A DNA stretch of 64,000 nt from an uncultured Verrucomicrobiota bacterium. Its GTDB lineage: Bacteria; Verrucomicrobiota; Verrucomicrobiia; JABWAM01. The notes beneath the pieces are model-generated. The model did not search any database and was not told the DNA's origin. It worked only from the letters and a program-made list of their open reading frames with translations. The stretch is from assembly GCA_964475835.1 (NCBI GenBank), contig CAYYYL010000012.1, positions 14,201-78,200 of the forward strand, in the 5' to 3' direction. Shown here one piece after another: positions 52,335-60,467 of this stretch. Both the position numbers and the translations under genes were made by a program. Every line of letters begins with the position of its first letter. Position 1 is the first letter of the stretch.

Positions 52335-53446
52335 GTGTGTGCCGAAGGTGCCGGTGCCAGCGTCATCTGACGCATGTACCGCAGGAGCTCCTTGAGCCCC
52401 TCCTGTTGTTCAAAAGTGAAATCGGAAGCTTCAAGCGTTTGTCGAGCATCATCAAACAGAACCTCCACCTGTCGTTGAAGATCGCTGAACGCGCTGGACT
52501 GAATGATCAGCTGGCGGATGCGCTGGATCACCTGACTCGTCAGGCGCTTGGCGTTAAAACACGTTTGAAGAAAGAGTTGATCCACCCGTCCCACCCGATC
52601 GTAGGCATAGCGCAGAAGCAGCGTCTTTTTGCCTTCCATGAAATCGCTGATAAGAAGCTTGCCGTTCGCCGCGCCGTCGGCAAATTCGATCAGGTCATTT
52701 TGAATCTGAAAGGCGAGCCCGATTGGATAGGCAAACGCCCGAAGCTGCTGGATGCAGGGGGCGCTCACTCCCGCGAGCCTGCCTCCGAGAACCATGGGGC
52801 ACTCGAACGTATACTTCGTTGTTTTGAGAAAATAGGTGCGTCGGATGTCCTCCAGCTCCACCCGCGTGATCTCCCGGCTGCTGTGGAGAATGTCATACAT
52901 TTCGCCTGCGCCGGTCTCCCCCACACAATCCAGAAATTCATGAAGCGCCGCTTCCTTTCGCTCCAGTGGAAGCCGGGTCTTCAGAATGGTTTCACAAGCC
53001 AACGCAAAAAGGAGATCCCCCATCACAATCGAGAGATTCATGCCCGTGCGTGCCCCGTCCTTCATGAAATCCATCCGCTTCTCCACCATCCGATGAAGCG
53101 TCGGTTTGCCTCGTCGCTGATCGGAACGATCAATCACATCATCATGCACGAGGATGAAGGAATGGAACAACTCCAGGGCGGCCGCCATCTGGATCAGATC
53201 CTGGGTTGAAACCCGTCCCTTCCCATTCAAAACACGATATGTGAGAAGAAATAGAAGCGGACGGATCCTCTTCCCCTTGCGCCGAACAAATTCCGACAGG
53301 TCGGAATAGATCGCCTCCAGGCCGTTCTCAAAGAGTCCGGCCATCCGGTGCTTCTTCAACACCTCACGGAGATAGAGCTCCAGACCGCGACGCAACTCGG
53401 GGACACCGAGCATCATGTCGCGGGATTGAATCAAGGCACTTTTCAA
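52331..53446 (-). CDS. polyprenyl synthetase family protein with atypical second Asp-rich motif
   Basis: GKRIRPLL, first motif LVHDDVIDRSDQRRGKPT, GDLLF, GEMYD, KTTKYT and SDFMEGKKTL are canonical. The second motif reads GLAFQIQNDLIEF instead of FQI.DD..D. ATGA-type overlap with crtI. Confidence 0.8.
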   Translation of the reverse strand: MKSALIQSRDMMLGVPELRRGLELYLREVLKKHRMAGLFENGLEAIYSDLSEFVRRKGKRIRPLLFLLTYRVLNGKGRVSTQDLIQMAAALELFHSFILVHDDVIDRSDQRRGKPTLHRMVEKRMDFMKDGARTGMNLSIVMGDLLFALACETILKTRLPLERKEAALHEFLDCVGETGAGEMYDILHSSREITRVELEDIRRTYFLKTTKYTFECPMVLGGRLAGVSAPCIQQLRAFAYPIGLAFQIQNDLIEFADGAANGKLLISDFMEGKKTLLLRYAYDRVGRVDQLFLQTCFNAKRLTSQVIQRIRQLIIQSSAFSDLQRQVEVLFDDARQTLEASDFTFEQQEGLKELLRYMRQMTLAPAPSAHT

Positions 53447-53506
53447 TGGCCTGTGATTCTATCAGGAGGTGATGGAAAATTCCAACTACCGGATTTTCCA
53501 AGGATT

Positions 53507-55675
53507 TTAGTTCGAGCGTGCAGGAGCCTTGCCTTGGGCACTTGCGAGAGCTCCACCCTTTTGATCGGGGGCCTCACCGCCAGCCTGGGCGTCACGCTCC
53601 GCCATGGCCGCTTTACGGCTCAGACGGACGCGCCCCTTCTCATCCACACCGATGCACTTGACCCACATATCCTCACCAATTTTACACACGTCCTCAACCT
53701 TGTTGACGCGCATGTTGGCCAGTTCGGAAATGTGAACCATGCCATCGCGGCCCGGCATCACTTCCACGAAACAGCCGAAGTCCTTGATGCTCACCACACG
53801 ACCCCGATAGGTCTTGCCGACCTCGATATCGCCTGCGATTCCTTCGATGAAGGACGCCGCCTTGTCGATGGCCTCCTGACTCGAGCTGTAAATTTTCACC
53901 TCACCGGAGTCGTCGATTGAAATCTCGGCACCGGTTTCCTCCTGAATCTTGCGGATCATCTTGCCACCAGGCCCGATGACGGCGCCGATCTTGTCCGGAT
54001 TGATGCGCACCAGCTTGACTTTCGGAGCGTAAGCCGAGAGCTGGGAACGGGGCTGGGAAATAACCTGGTCCATCACATCTAGGATCTGCATCCGAGCCTG
54101 TCGTGCGGCGGCAATCGCCTCCTTCATGAGAGGGAACGGAAGACCCGCGAGCTTGAGATCGAGCTGGAATCCCGTGATGCCTGCGCGCGTACCGGCAACC
54201 TTGAAATCCATGTCGCCGAAGGCGTCTTCAGTTCCAAGAATATCCGTCAGAAGCACCGCACGCTCATCCTCTTTCACCAATCCAATGGAAATCCCGGCCA
54301 CGGGCGCCTTCATCGGCACACCGGCATCGAGCATGGCAAGCGTTCCCCCGCAAATGGAGGCCATGGAGGTCGAACCATTCGATTCCATGATTTCAGAGCT
54401 CAGACGAATCGTGTACGGGAACTCGGGGCCCTTCGGAACCATTGGCTCAATGGAGCGCTCTGCAAGCGCACCATGCCCGATTTCACGACGGCCGGGCGAA
54501 CCGAAACGTCCGGTCTCGTTCACACTGAACGGAGGAAAGTTATAGTGCAGGATGAAACTCTTGGAATTTTCACCGCCACCGTAATTGTCCATCTCCTGGG
54601 TGTCCTCAGGGGAGCCAAGGGTGGCCAACACCACCGTCTGAGTCTCACCTCGCTGGAACATTGCGGAACCGTGCGAACGGGGAAGGAAGCCCACCTCGCC
54701 GGAAAGGGCACGAAGCTGGTTGGTGGCACGGCCATCGCAACGTTTGCCCTGGTTGATGATCGAATCACGAATGGCCCGCTTTTGGATGTATTCAAAGGCC
54801 TGCCCGATTTCAAACGGTGTGATGTCGGGATATTTCGGCGTCAGGGTGGCGATCACCTCGTCACGAAGAGCGGAAACCTGGCCTTCACGGTCAAGTTTGC
54901 TGGGCGTCATGAGAGCCGGAACGATCCGCTCCCCAATGAGCGCGCGCGCCTCCTCAAGAATGCTTTCGCGGGGAAGACGCAACACCGGGGTGCGCTTCGC
55001 TTTTCCAGCCTGCTGGGCGAGTTCGCGCTGCATCGCCACCATCTGCTTCACATGCGTGTGCGCAAATTCCATGGCGCGATAAAAATCGTCCTCGGTGATT
55101 TCATCCGAAGCGCCTTCGATCATGAGAATGTCGTTCTCGGTGCCGACGTAGACGAGGTCGAGCGTGCTGTCGAGCATCTCAGAGTGCGTGGGATTCACCA
55201 CAAACTGATCGTGAATCCGGCCCACGCGCACCGCACCGATGGGTCCGTTCCACGGAATGTCGGAAACCATCATGGCCGCGGAAGCGCCATTGATGGTGAG
55301 GATATCGGGATCAATCTCGCCATCCGCGGAAAGAAGAATGCCAATTACCTGGGTTTCATTCATGAAGCCCTTGGGGAAGAGCGTCCGGAGGGGACGATCA
55401 ATCATGCGACTGGTCAAAATTTCCTTTTCAGTGGGACGACCTTCACGTTTGAAGTAACCGCCCGGAAATTTTCCGGCGGCAGCAGCTTTCTCACGATAGT
55501 CCACGGTGAGAGGAAACCAATCCTTGTCGGTGGGCTTGGTGGCGGCTACGGCGGTAACGACCACGATGGTGTCGCCGGAACGAACCGTCACCGAACCATC
55601 CGCCTGCTTGGCAAAACGACCGGTTTCGATGGTGATATCACGCTGACCGATAAGGCGGGAGATGGATGTAGGCAT
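53507..55675 (-). CDS. pnp: polyribonucleotide nucleotidyltransferase (PNPase)
   Basis: 722 aa. Two RNase PH domains ([35 protein letters not shown]), a KH domain ([25 protein letters not shown]) and an S1 domain ([25 protein letters not shown]). Confidence 0.95.
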   Translation of the reverse strand: MPTSISRLIGQRDITIETGRFAKQADGSVTVRSGDTIVVVTAVAATKPTDKDWFPLTVDYREKAAAAGKFPGGYFKREGRPTEKEILTSRMIDRPLRTLFPKGFMNETQVIGILLSADGEIDPDILTINGASAAMMVSDIPWNGPIGAVRVGRIHDQFVVNPTHSEMLDSTLDLVYVGTENDILMIEGASDEITEDDFYRAMEFAHTHVKQMVAMQRELAQQAGKAKRTPVLRLPRESILEEARALIGERIVPALMTPSKLDREGQVSALRDEVIATLTPKYPDITPFEIGQAFEYIQKRAIRDSIINQGKRCDGRATNQLRALSGEVGFLPRSHGSAMFQRGETQTVVLATLGSPEDTQEMDNYGGGENSKSFILHYNFPPFSVNETGRFGSPGRREIGHGALAERSIEPMVPKGPEFPYTIRLSSEIMESNGSTSMASICGGTLAMLDAGVPMKAPVAGISIGLVKEDERAVLLTDILGTEDAFGDMDFKVAGTRAGITGFQLDLKLAGLPFPLMKEAIAAARQARMQILDVMDQVISQPRSQLSAYAPKVKLVRINPDKIGAVIGPGGKMIRKIQEETGAEISIDDSGEVKIYSSSQEAIDKAASFIEGIAGDIEVGKTYRGRVVSIKDFGCFVEVMPGRDGMVHISELANMRVNKVEDVCKIGEDMWVKCIGVDEKGRVRLSRKAAMAERDAQAGGEAPDQKGGALASAQGKAPARSN

Positions 55676-55730
55676 AGATCTTGGGTGCGACAGCCGAACC
55701 CTTTGCCCACGGACACCGGCAGGAGAACAT

Positions 55731-55761
55731 CACGAAACCCAGATCCGTTTCGGGTTGCGTG
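55731..55761 (-). promoter_or_regulatory. hairpin in the rpsO-pnp intergenic region (candidate pnp leader/processing stem)
   Basis: cacgaaaccc / gggttgcgtg form a 10-bp stem (one mismatch) with an 11-nt loop, ~55 nt upstream of the pnp ATG. The position is analogous to the E. coli pnp leader hairpin. Confidence 0.35.
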
Positions 55762-55805
55762 ATGTGCTCGTGCCTCAAGACCGTGGAAAACGAACCGGCT
55801 GACGC

Positions 55806-56069
55806 TTACTTTCTTAGGTTGAGTTTTTTGATAAGCTTCTGATAGCGGGAGGAATCGGTGCGGTTGAGATAGTCCAACAGCGTCCGGCGCTGGCTGACCA
55901 TGCGAAGCAGACCACGGCGCGAGCTGTGATCTTTAAGATTCTTCTGCAAATGGCCCGTCAACTCGTTGATGTGCTCGGTCAACAAAGCAATCTGCACATC
56001 GGCAGAGCCCGTATCACGGTCATGCAACTGATATTCCTTCGCTACCTGCTTTTTAGTTTTTGCTTCCAT
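55806..56069 (-). CDS. rpsO: 30S ribosomal protein S15
   Basis: 87 aa. [43 protein letters not shown] is the canonical S15 pattern. Confidence 0.95.
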   Translation of the reverse strand: MEAKTKKQVAKEYQLHDRDTGSADVQIALLTEHINELTGHLQKNLKDHSSRRGLLRMVSQRRTLLDYLNRTDSSRYQKLIKKLNLRK

Positions 56070-56080
56070 ACTTGCTTCAC

Positions 56081-56108
56081 GAAAACCCCTGCCGACTACA
56101 CGTCGGGG
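56081..56108 (-). promoter_or_regulatory. GC-rich hairpin plus U-tract in the rpsO 5' leader (attenuator/autoregulatory candidate, or terminator of upstream transcription)
   Basis: The minus strand reads ccccgacgtgtagtcggcagggg followed by ttttc, ending 11 nt before the rpsO ATG. A TTGCTT-17-TATGAT promoter-like site lies upstream at 56127..56155. Confidence 0.35.
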
Positions 56109-56266
56109 AATTCACGTGGGATGGAGATCATATGGAAGAAGACCGGCAGAAGCAAGCGGCATTTTTTAACGGCCTCTGCCAACGTCGAGGGAAACAAAAA
56201 AACGAGTGATTGGGGCAATTCAATTTTTAACCCCCTTTGCTCTGTCTTCGCTATGCAAACCAAGGC

Positions 56267-56358
56267 ATACCTCCCCCAAGCCCCTCCTTTGCAGGAGGGG
56301 AGAAGATAACCTGGGGCAGATGCCCCCCCTCCTGCAAAGGAGGGGCTGAGGGAGGTAT
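56267..56358. repeat. 33/34-nt imperfect inverted repeat with nested self-complementary cores, 25-nt spacer
   Basis: Left arm 56267..56300 (atacctcccccaagcccctcctttgcaggagggg). Right arm 56326..56358 (cccctcctgcaaaggaggggctgagggaggtat). The inner 22 nt are perfectly complementary. Each 20-nt core (cccctcc-6 nt-ggagggg) is itself a hairpin. Confidence 0.85.
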
Positions 56359-56376
56359 ATCCGAAAACACTGGATC

Positions 56377-56571
56377 CTATACAACATCCAAAAAATGATA
56401 GAATACGCACGACCACCAAAAATCAAACATCGACAAAAGCCCAAAGGCGACTCCCTCGACAAAAAGTGCAAGACCCAGTCCACGGGAAATATAAGACGAG
56501 GATCTATAGAACCGCCGGCACAACACGAATACACACGCAGCCCAGATCAAGGTAAGAATGGTGGGAATCAT
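56377..56571 (-). CDS. possible small two-TM membrane protein (64 aa)
   Basis: MIPTILTLIWAACVFVLCRRF...GLGLALFVEGVAFGLLSMFDFWW. Supported only by hydrophobicity. It lies in a 757-nt gap between the cyclase and rpsO. Confidence 0.25.
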   Translation of the reverse strand: MIPTILTLIWAACVFVLCRRFYRSSSYISRGLGLALFVEGVAFGLLSMFDFWWSCVFYHFLDVV

Positions 56572-56826
56572 GACCTCGTACGGATGTCCGTGAAGGCACG
56601 GAAAACCGAAAGCCGGGATAAAAGAGCCTGCAAAACAAGGGGTGACAGGCGGATCCCCGTCTTGTACGCCCCACGGGGCAGGCAAAGCGAGAGCACAGCG
56701 GCAATGCTACCTGAAGTCGCTCCGATCCTGAACAATGTAGAATACCCGTTCATCTTCTTCCAATTAAAAACACATTGGAATCGCTTTCATTATAATGATT
56801 TAAACATTGTAATCGTAAACATACGA

Positions 56827-59280
56827 TTAATGCTTGGTCTGACGCACAAACTCCCCTTTCCATGAATCGGGAGGGGGATGAACCATAAACTCCTGAACGC
56901 GGTGAAGGAAAACAAAGGCTGGGGCGTCCTTGGGAAATTCCTTTAAAATATCGGCAAACGCGTCATGAGCCTGAGTCCATTGACGTTCCCAATAGAGTTT
57001 GATGGCATTTGAAAAGGATTCTGCCAAGCGAACATCCTCGGGCTTTGTCATCCAGCGCGGTTTCATCAACTCGTAAACCAATTCAGGCTCGGTCTTTCCT
57101 TGAACGACAATTTTATCCAGAGGGCGCGCTAGGACTTCATCCTTAGCGAGGTCGTATGTGGCCTTTCCAATCAGAATACGAACCCCATAATCCTTGGCCG
57201 CAGGCTCAAGACGCGCAGCAAGGTTCACCTCATCCCCCATTACCGTGTACTCGTATCGGGCCTTCGAACCCATCATTCCCACGGAAACCGTCCCGGAGTT
57301 CAACCCCATGCGAACCTTGAGCCCAACCCGATATTTTTTTTGAAAATGATCCCGGATCTCATCAATCACCGCCTGTTGTTCCAATGCCGATAGACAGGCC
57401 TGAACCGCATGATCGGACTGTCGATCTGGAACCCCCCAGACCGCCATGATCCCATCTCCGGCGAACTTATTGAGATAACCGTCGCGTTTCAAAATCAGAT
57501 CTGCCATCGGTGTCAGGTAATCGTTTAACACCTGACTCAATTGCTCGGGTTCCAATTTTTCTGAAATCGTTGTGAAACCGGCAACGTCCGAAAAAAACAT
57601 GGTCGCCTCCGCACGCTGTCCGCTCAGGGACTCAGGATGTTCCTCCATGAATCGAAGCACTCGCGGCGACACCATGGCTGAAAACTTTTTACGAATGGCC
57701 ACCCTCTCCTTTTGCTCGGTATTGTAGCGGTAGAGGTAAATGAATCCGAAGGCCCACATCACCGACACCCCCGGCAGCACCATGGGAATCGATATCTGGA
57801 AGAAGAAGAGAAGGAATGGCGCCACCTGGGTCGCCCCCAAAAGCCAGAGTTCCGCAAAGGCTGAAAAGCGCGGATCGGTAAATGCATTCAACACCCACAT
57901 CACCAGCATCAAACCGAGGATGTACACCGCCGTTCCCATCGGGGACATCACATGCAAAAAACTCTGTCGCAGAATATTATCGATCGCCGTCATGTGAATG
58001 AAGACCAGGGGCGTGTTCGAATCCACCGCGCAGGGTCCGATATCGCTCGCCCCGGTGAACGTCAAACCCGCAAGGACAATCCGATCCGAAACCATATCCC
58101 GCAATGCCTCCGCCTTTTGAATCCCCCGCCTGACTTCCGGATCGCTGGCAAGGGACGGATCCTTTTCGACTTTGGAAACAAAACTGTCTCCTTTCAGCAA
58201 ATCGATATACGAAAACTGCCGGAAATCATGAATGGTCCCCTCAAAATTCAGGGTCATATTCCCATATCGATCAATCGGGATGCGCCAGGTCTTCCCTCCC
58301 CGATGCAACGCAATCTCCTTTCCAAACACGATGGAGAGATCTTCCCTTGCACGCCCCCTTTCCAGGCTGGACAGGTCGATCCCCAACTTCAACAAGCACG
58401 ACTGGAGGGAAAACGATGGAAGAAAAATCAGGGATCCATTCCCCTTCGGATCCCGAAACGCCATGACCAGGGGGATTTTTCGGACATTTCCATCGCTGTC
58501 GCGAGGCACATTCACAAACCCCAGATGAACCGGTCCTGAAGGGAGCGGGTCGAACGGAAGAACCCCACTATCCGCCACTGCAACATCCTGTGGAATTTGT
58601 TCCAGGCATTCCGGAGGTATCTCCCTGTTCCTTAAATGAGCGATTCGCTCATCATCCCGGCCGGAAACCCAGGGCGTGGCGTGGTCGTGATCCTTCGACG
58701 TTAGGGTGAACGCCGTCACCAAATTAAGCCCGGTGCTCCCACTCTCCCGCGCATCCTGCAAAGCGTAGATCTGATTCCCCAGATTTCCATTTCCAGCCGC
58801 ATCAACCAGATTCAAAAATTCCGCCGATGGGAAAAGCTCCTCATGCACGATTTGAGACAGGGGCTTGTTGTGTTGCTTGAGAAAACGGTCCACCGCATTT
58901 TCATCGGAAACCCTTTCAGACCTGTTTGGAATCAGAAGGACATCGAGGGCAAAAACGGAGGGCTTGTAGTAGAACGCCATCGGCCTCAGTGCCTCCGTCC
59001 AGTTTTCCCGTGTCAGCCAGCGTCCCACCCCCCACCGGTCGGAAAACTCCGAATACCGTGGATCAATCGAATCCTGATCCACCGCCGCAAGAACCACCTG
59101 ATCGGAAACATGAATCCTGTTCCACTTTTGTCGCAGGGCATGACGCACCCGAAACCGTACATCCACCGTGGTCTCCTCCATCGACTGTGCCCAGTTCAAC
59201 ACACTGGCAACCAACGCCACGCACCCGATCGATCCGCAAATCAACAACAAGGCCAGAATGGAGCTTTTTCTGCCAGACAT
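56827..59280 (-). CDS. CHASE2 sensor domain-containing class III adenylate/guanylate cyclase
   Basis: N-terminal TM, a large periplasmic CHASE2-like region, a cluster of TM helices, then FFSDVAGFTTISEKL...FAGDGIMAVWG.P...GLNSG...G...R.EYTVMGDEVNLAARLE (cyclase homology domain) and a C-terminal helical tail. Confidence 0.85.
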   Translation of the reverse strand: MSGRKSSILALLLICGSIGCVALVASVLNWAQSMEETTVDVRFRVRHALRQKWNRIHVSDQVVLAAVDQDSIDPRYSEFSDRWGVGRWLTRENWTEALRPMAFYYKPSVFALDVLLIPNRSERVSDENAVDRFLKQHNKPLSQIVHEELFPSAEFLNLVDAAGNGNLGNQIYALQDARESGSTGLNLVTAFTLTSKDHDHATPWVSGRDDERIAHLRNREIPPECLEQIPQDVAVADSGVLPFDPLPSGPVHLGFVNVPRDSDGNVRKIPLVMAFRDPKGNGSLIFLPSFSLQSCLLKLGIDLSSLERGRAREDLSIVFGKEIALHRGGKTWRIPIDRYGNMTLNFEGTIHDFRQFSYIDLLKGDSFVSKVEKDPSLASDPEVRRGIQKAEALRDMVSDRIVLAGLTFTGASDIGPCAVDSNTPLVFIHMTAIDNILRQSFLHVMSPMGTAVYILGLMLVMWVLNAFTDPRFSAFAELWLLGATQVAPFLLFFFQISIPMVLPGVSVMWAFGFIYLYRYNTEQKERVAIRKKFSAMVSPRVLRFMEEHPESLSGQRAEATMFFSDVAGFTTISEKLEPEQLSQVLNDYLTPMADLILKRDGYLNKFAGDGIMAVWGVPDRQSDHAVQACLSALEQQAVIDEIRDHFQKKYRVGLKVRMGLNSGTVSVGMMGSKARYEYTVMGDEVNLAARLEPAAKDYGVRILIGKATYDLAKDEVLARPLDKIVVQGKTEPELVYELMKPRWMTKPEDVRLAESFSNAIKLYWERQWTQAHDAFADILKEFPKDAPAFVFLHRVQEFMVHPPPDSWKGEFVRQTKH

Positions 59281-59371
59281 CGGCGCGACACTATCACTTC
59301 AGCCGCGATATGTGAAATGAAGAAAACAGCAGGTAATGGCCCAGTTTGAGTGGGACGTAGATTGTGGAAAT

Positions 59372-59399
59372 GGAGGGCGACGCTCTGTCGTCGCCCTCC
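59372..59399. repeat. perfect 11-bp-stem palindrome
   Basis: ggagggcgacg (59372..59382) - ctctgt - cgtcgccctcc (59389..59399). Confidence 0.85.
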
Positions 59400-59436
59400 A
59401 GAAAGCTGAATGAGGACACTAAAGCGAAGGAAGGGT

Positions 59437-59528
59437 TGTCATCCTGAGGCGAAGCCGAAGGATCTCTCCGCTCCGCCATCACGCAGAGAGATTCTTCGCC
59501 TTCGCCTACGCTCAGGCTCAGAATGACA
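59437..59528. repeat. imperfect inverted repeat (32-nt and 43-nt arms)
   Basis: Left arm tgtcatcctgaggcgaagccgaaggatctctc. The reverse complement of the right arm is tgtcattctgagcctgagcgtaggcgaaggcgaagaatctctc. The two differ by 3 mismatches plus an 11-nt insertion. The loop is 17 nt. Confidence 0.75.
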
Positions 59529-59586
59529 GAAATTGGTAGTGGCTCCGTTTGAAATTATTTTTAAGTCGTGACTAAAACCAGGGACT

Positions 59587-59623
59587 GGTAGCAGGTCCGG
59601 GCGCAGGGACGCGCCCGGCTACC
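59587..59623. repeat. GC-rich hairpin ~40 nt downstream of the caspase-like gene
   Basis: ccgggcgc (59597..59604) / gcgcccgg (59611..59618) with an outer ggtag/ctacc stem. No adjacent U-tract, so terminator function is uncertain. Confidence 0.7.
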
Positions 59624-59660
59624 TTTATCTGGCTACGCAAAAGACCTTGGACGTTAGCAA

Positions 59661-60467
59661 CTATTCTACCCCAGATCGCGTGGGATGCTGCACTTTCGCC
59701 TGACGCACTTGTTCATCATATCGGTCCCTCTGTCTCAAGATCCCGTTCCAGAACTCCTCCAGATCCATGATCCCCCGGGGTGGCGTCCTCAACGCCGCTT
59801 GGAGCCCCATCAACCCAAAAAAACTCATCCCTGGAGGATCCCACCCCCAGTGGCCGCGAAGCCATTCCCGACCGGGTCTGGCGAAATCCTCCAGACCTGC
59901 AGGCCCCCTCGCAAAATCAACATCCACAGCCTCCTCCGACGCCGCACTGGCATAAAACCGGCTCACATTCCCGCAAAACTCCCCTCCAAATTCCAGCGCG
60001 GCGGCGTGGCAACTGTCGTTTACCAACAGAACCCTGGCATATCGCTCGGCAACCTGATTCACGGCGTTTACCAGTCGATCAGGAGGGAGGTCCTCACCCT
60101 CTGAAAACTTCAGGCGTCCATCCCGTTTTTGATGCGTCGCCAGGTAGAGGATCAGACAGGTGTTCGTGGAATACGGTTTCAGTTGCTGCATCCACTGCAG
60201 AAAATCACCGCTCGATCCATTCGACCACTCATGAACCCGCGCCTGGGAATCCATCTGCCGGATGGTGCGCTGAAGCAGAAGACATGTGTTGGTCGTCAGC
60301 GGAAGATCGCTCACCCAGTCAAAACGGGTACAAACCGCCGAGGCAAACTCGAGAGGAACGCCATTCCCATGTTCCTCCGCCATCCCAGCGAATGCAGAAA
60401 ATAGAAAACCGCACAGACAAAAGGAAAGTCTTCTCATTCCCGGGAAAACACGGGGAGCACTTCCCAT
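59661..60467 (-). CDS. secreted caspase/CHAT-like (clan CD-like) protein
   Basis: Signal-like RRLSFCLCGFLFSAFAG. A hydrophobic strand plus His (CLILYLATHQKRDG) and a hydrophobic strand plus Cys (RVLLVNDSCHAAAL) occur in caspase-fold order and spacing (~50 aa). The start overlaps the upstream stop (TGATG at 60469..60465). Confidence 0.55.
   Translation of the reverse strand: MGSAPRVFPGMRRLSFCLCGFLFSAFAGMAEEHGNGVPLEFASAVCTRFDWVSDLPLTTNTCLLLQRTIRQMDSQARVHEWSNGSSGDFLQWMQQLKPYSTNTCLILYLATHQKRDGRLKFSEGEDLPPDRLVNAVNQVAERYARVLLVNDSCHAAALEFGGEFCGNVSRFYASAASEEAVDVDFARGPAGLEDFARPGREWLRGHWGWDPPGMSFFGLMGLQAALRTPPRGIMDLEEFWNGILRQRDRYDEQVRQAKVQHPTRSGVE

Noticed and set aside
51066-52370. 434-aa plus-strand ORF opposite crtI, and ORFs 52220..53209 and 54473..55762 opposite the polyprenyl synthase and pnp
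   Set aside because: These are antisense shadows of highly conserved genes, with no motifs of their own.
56395-56865. 156-aa plus-strand ORF in the cyclase-rpsO gap
   Set aside because: It is a highly basic, featureless translation that overlaps the cyclase 3' end. The opposite-strand small TM ORF (56377..56571) is slightly more plausible and is itself given only low confidence.
59453-59464. 12-nt match (agccgaaggatc) to the reverse complement of 62592..62603, possibly linking two repeat families
   Set aside because: A 12-mer match between two positions in 64 kb (both strands) is expected by chance many times, and the flanks do not align.
59294-59482. 62-aa ORF in the cyclase/caspase spacer
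   Set aside because: Its sequence is translated straight through two palindromic elements, with no start context or motifs.
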